Shown: positions 62,844 to 64,000 of the stretch, piece after piece
How the letters are laid out: each line of letters starts with the position of its first letter
Numbering within the stretch: position 1 is the first letter of the stretch
Assembly (NCBI RefSeq): GCF_018350175.1
Contig: NC_058368.1
Span: 192,078,001 to 192,142,000, forward strand
Reading direction: 5' to 3'
Source: Felis catus
Taxonomy: Eukaryota
Length of the DNA stretch: 64,000 bases
Made by a program: the position numbers and the translations under genes
The notes under the pieces: generated by a model
What the model was told of the DNA's origin: nothing
Databases searched by the model: none
What the model saw: the letters and a program-made list of their open reading frames with translations, nothing else

Positions 62844-63272
62844 TGTTGGAGAAGTCATCAAAAAGACACGACCACTGGTTGACCCTTGAGCTGGATCCTG
62901 GCAATTGGAGGCTCCTCACCTCTTCCCCTATCCTAGGAATGTGGGTTCCACTTCCCTTCCCTGCTCCCAGAATTTGTCCCAAGGACATAGCCTTGAGATA
63001 GTGATGTGGTGCTGAGAACATCTAGATGGTATATGTGATTGAACTCAGTTAAGGCTGCTGTAGAAACTTTTAAGATTTGGCAGGTGGGCATGGGGATCTA
63101 CTTTACTTGCTGCTGCCCAAGATAAGCCTTATATATAAGTTCCCTTTGTGTATTAAAACTTACACCTACCAACCTGAATGGCCTGCGTCTTTCTTTCATC
63201 TCTAGACCTCCATGTACAGGGACCAATTTCAGGTTATAGCTAGGAAGTGCCTAAGAGGGTTGTGAACCAACA
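62844..63272 (+). mobile_element. Solo LTR (probably ERVL, MER74/LTR53-like)
   Basis: terminal inverted TGTTGG...CCAACA, 5-bp TSD ACAGA, ATTAAA signal. Confidence 0.8.
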
Positions 63273-63456
63273 ACAGAAAACCAGAACAAAGGTAGAGCAA
63301 CATCTTCCAAGCACTGAAAGAGGAAAAGTCGACCTTGAATTCTATACCCAGTGAAGATATCTTTTGAAAACAAAGGCAACATAAAAACTTTATTGGAAAA
63401 AAAAAAACCTGTAAGAATTCATTACCAGCAGTCACATGCTATAAGAAATGTAAAAT

Positions 63457-63634
63457 GGGGGTAGCTGGGTGGCTTAGTTGATTAAGCCTCTGAATCTTGA
63501 TTTTTCACTCAGGTCATTATTTCACAGTCGTGAAATCAAGCCCCACGTTGGGCTCCATGCTGGGTATGGAGCCTTCTTAAGATTCTCTCTCTCCCTCTCT
63601 CTCTGCTCCTCCCCCCTCTCTTTTTCTCTCGAAA

Positions 63635-63707
<73 letters not shown>

Positions 63708-63709
63708 AA
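63457..63709 (+). mobile_element. CAN-SINE with (GAAA)n tail
   Basis: GGGTGGCTTAGTTGATTAAGC head, (CT)n, tail expanded to GAAA repeats. Confidence 0.9.
63637..63709. repeat. (GAAA)n tetranucleotide microsatellite
   Basis: direct reading. Confidence 0.96.
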
Positions 63710-63713
63710 TACA

Positions 63714-63945
63714 GGGGTGCCTGGGTGGCTCAGTTGGTTAAGGGTCCGACTTCAGCTCAGGTCATGATCTCCCAGTTCATGGGTTCGAGCCTACATCAGG
63801 CTCTGTGCTGACAGCTTGGAGCCTGGAGCCTGCTTCAGATTCTGTGTCTCCCTCTCTCTCTGCTCCTCTCCCATTTGTGCTCTCTCTCTCTCTCTCAAAA
63901 ATAAATAAACTTATTTTTAATTTAAAAACAAAAAAAGAATAAAAA
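63714..63945 (+). mobile_element. CAN-SINE in tandem after the previous one
   Basis: GGGGTGCCTGGGTGGCTCAGTTGGTTAAG head, AATAAATAAA tail. Confidence 0.95.
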
Positions 63946-64000
63946 GACATAAAATGAAGTCCATCAGGCAGAAGGAAAACGGTACCAAACAGATATCACA

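Larger units (their letters stand above)
62445..64000 (+). mobile_element. Old L1M ORF1 region, interrupted by an LTR and two SINEs
   Basis: TTCCCCAAATTTGATGAAAAC, CACCAAGGCACATCATAATCAAACTG, GAATTCTATACCCAG, TCAGGCAGAAGGAAAA. Confidence 0.85.

Noticed and set aside
1..64000. Protein-coding gene, operon, CRISPR array or prokaryotic defence system
   Set aside because: Sequence is mammalian repeat-rich DNA. There is no long ORF, no recognisable non-TE protein and no regularly spaced repeat-spacer array.

Overview
Mammalian non-coding DNA, almost certainly from a cat or close felid. The evidence is young felid-type CAN-SINEs starting GGGGCGCCTGGGTGGCGCAGTCGGTTAAG and felid-type L1 3' ends. The window is repeat-rich intergenic or deep-intronic sequence: about 20 CAN-SINEs, several 5'-truncated L1s, old L1M/L2/L3/MIR relics, ERV/MaLR solo LTRs, DNA-transposon fossils and microsatellites, separated by a few repeat-free AT-rich blocks that look like candidate conserved enhancers. 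I cannot support any protein-coding gene, RNA gene or CRISPR-like system; the listed ORFs are L1 ORF2 fragments, SINE or microsatellite read-through, or chance. The strongest signal is sequence exchange between independently inserted, oppositely oriented L1 copies. Copies at 8.6-10.3 kb and 20.5-21.8 kb share perfect 512-bp and 125-bp tracts, including the same premature stop. Copies at 28 kb and 33-34 kb share a 73-bp tract with four unusual variants. Most shared variants are A/T->G/C. Also notable: a back-to-back L1 chimera without a TSD, a twin-primed L1, a CAN-SINE with an apparent 3' transduction, and two SINEs inserted at the same site of two MER5 copies. Repeat family names come from recalled consensus sequences, not from a search, and boundaries of old repeats are approximate.
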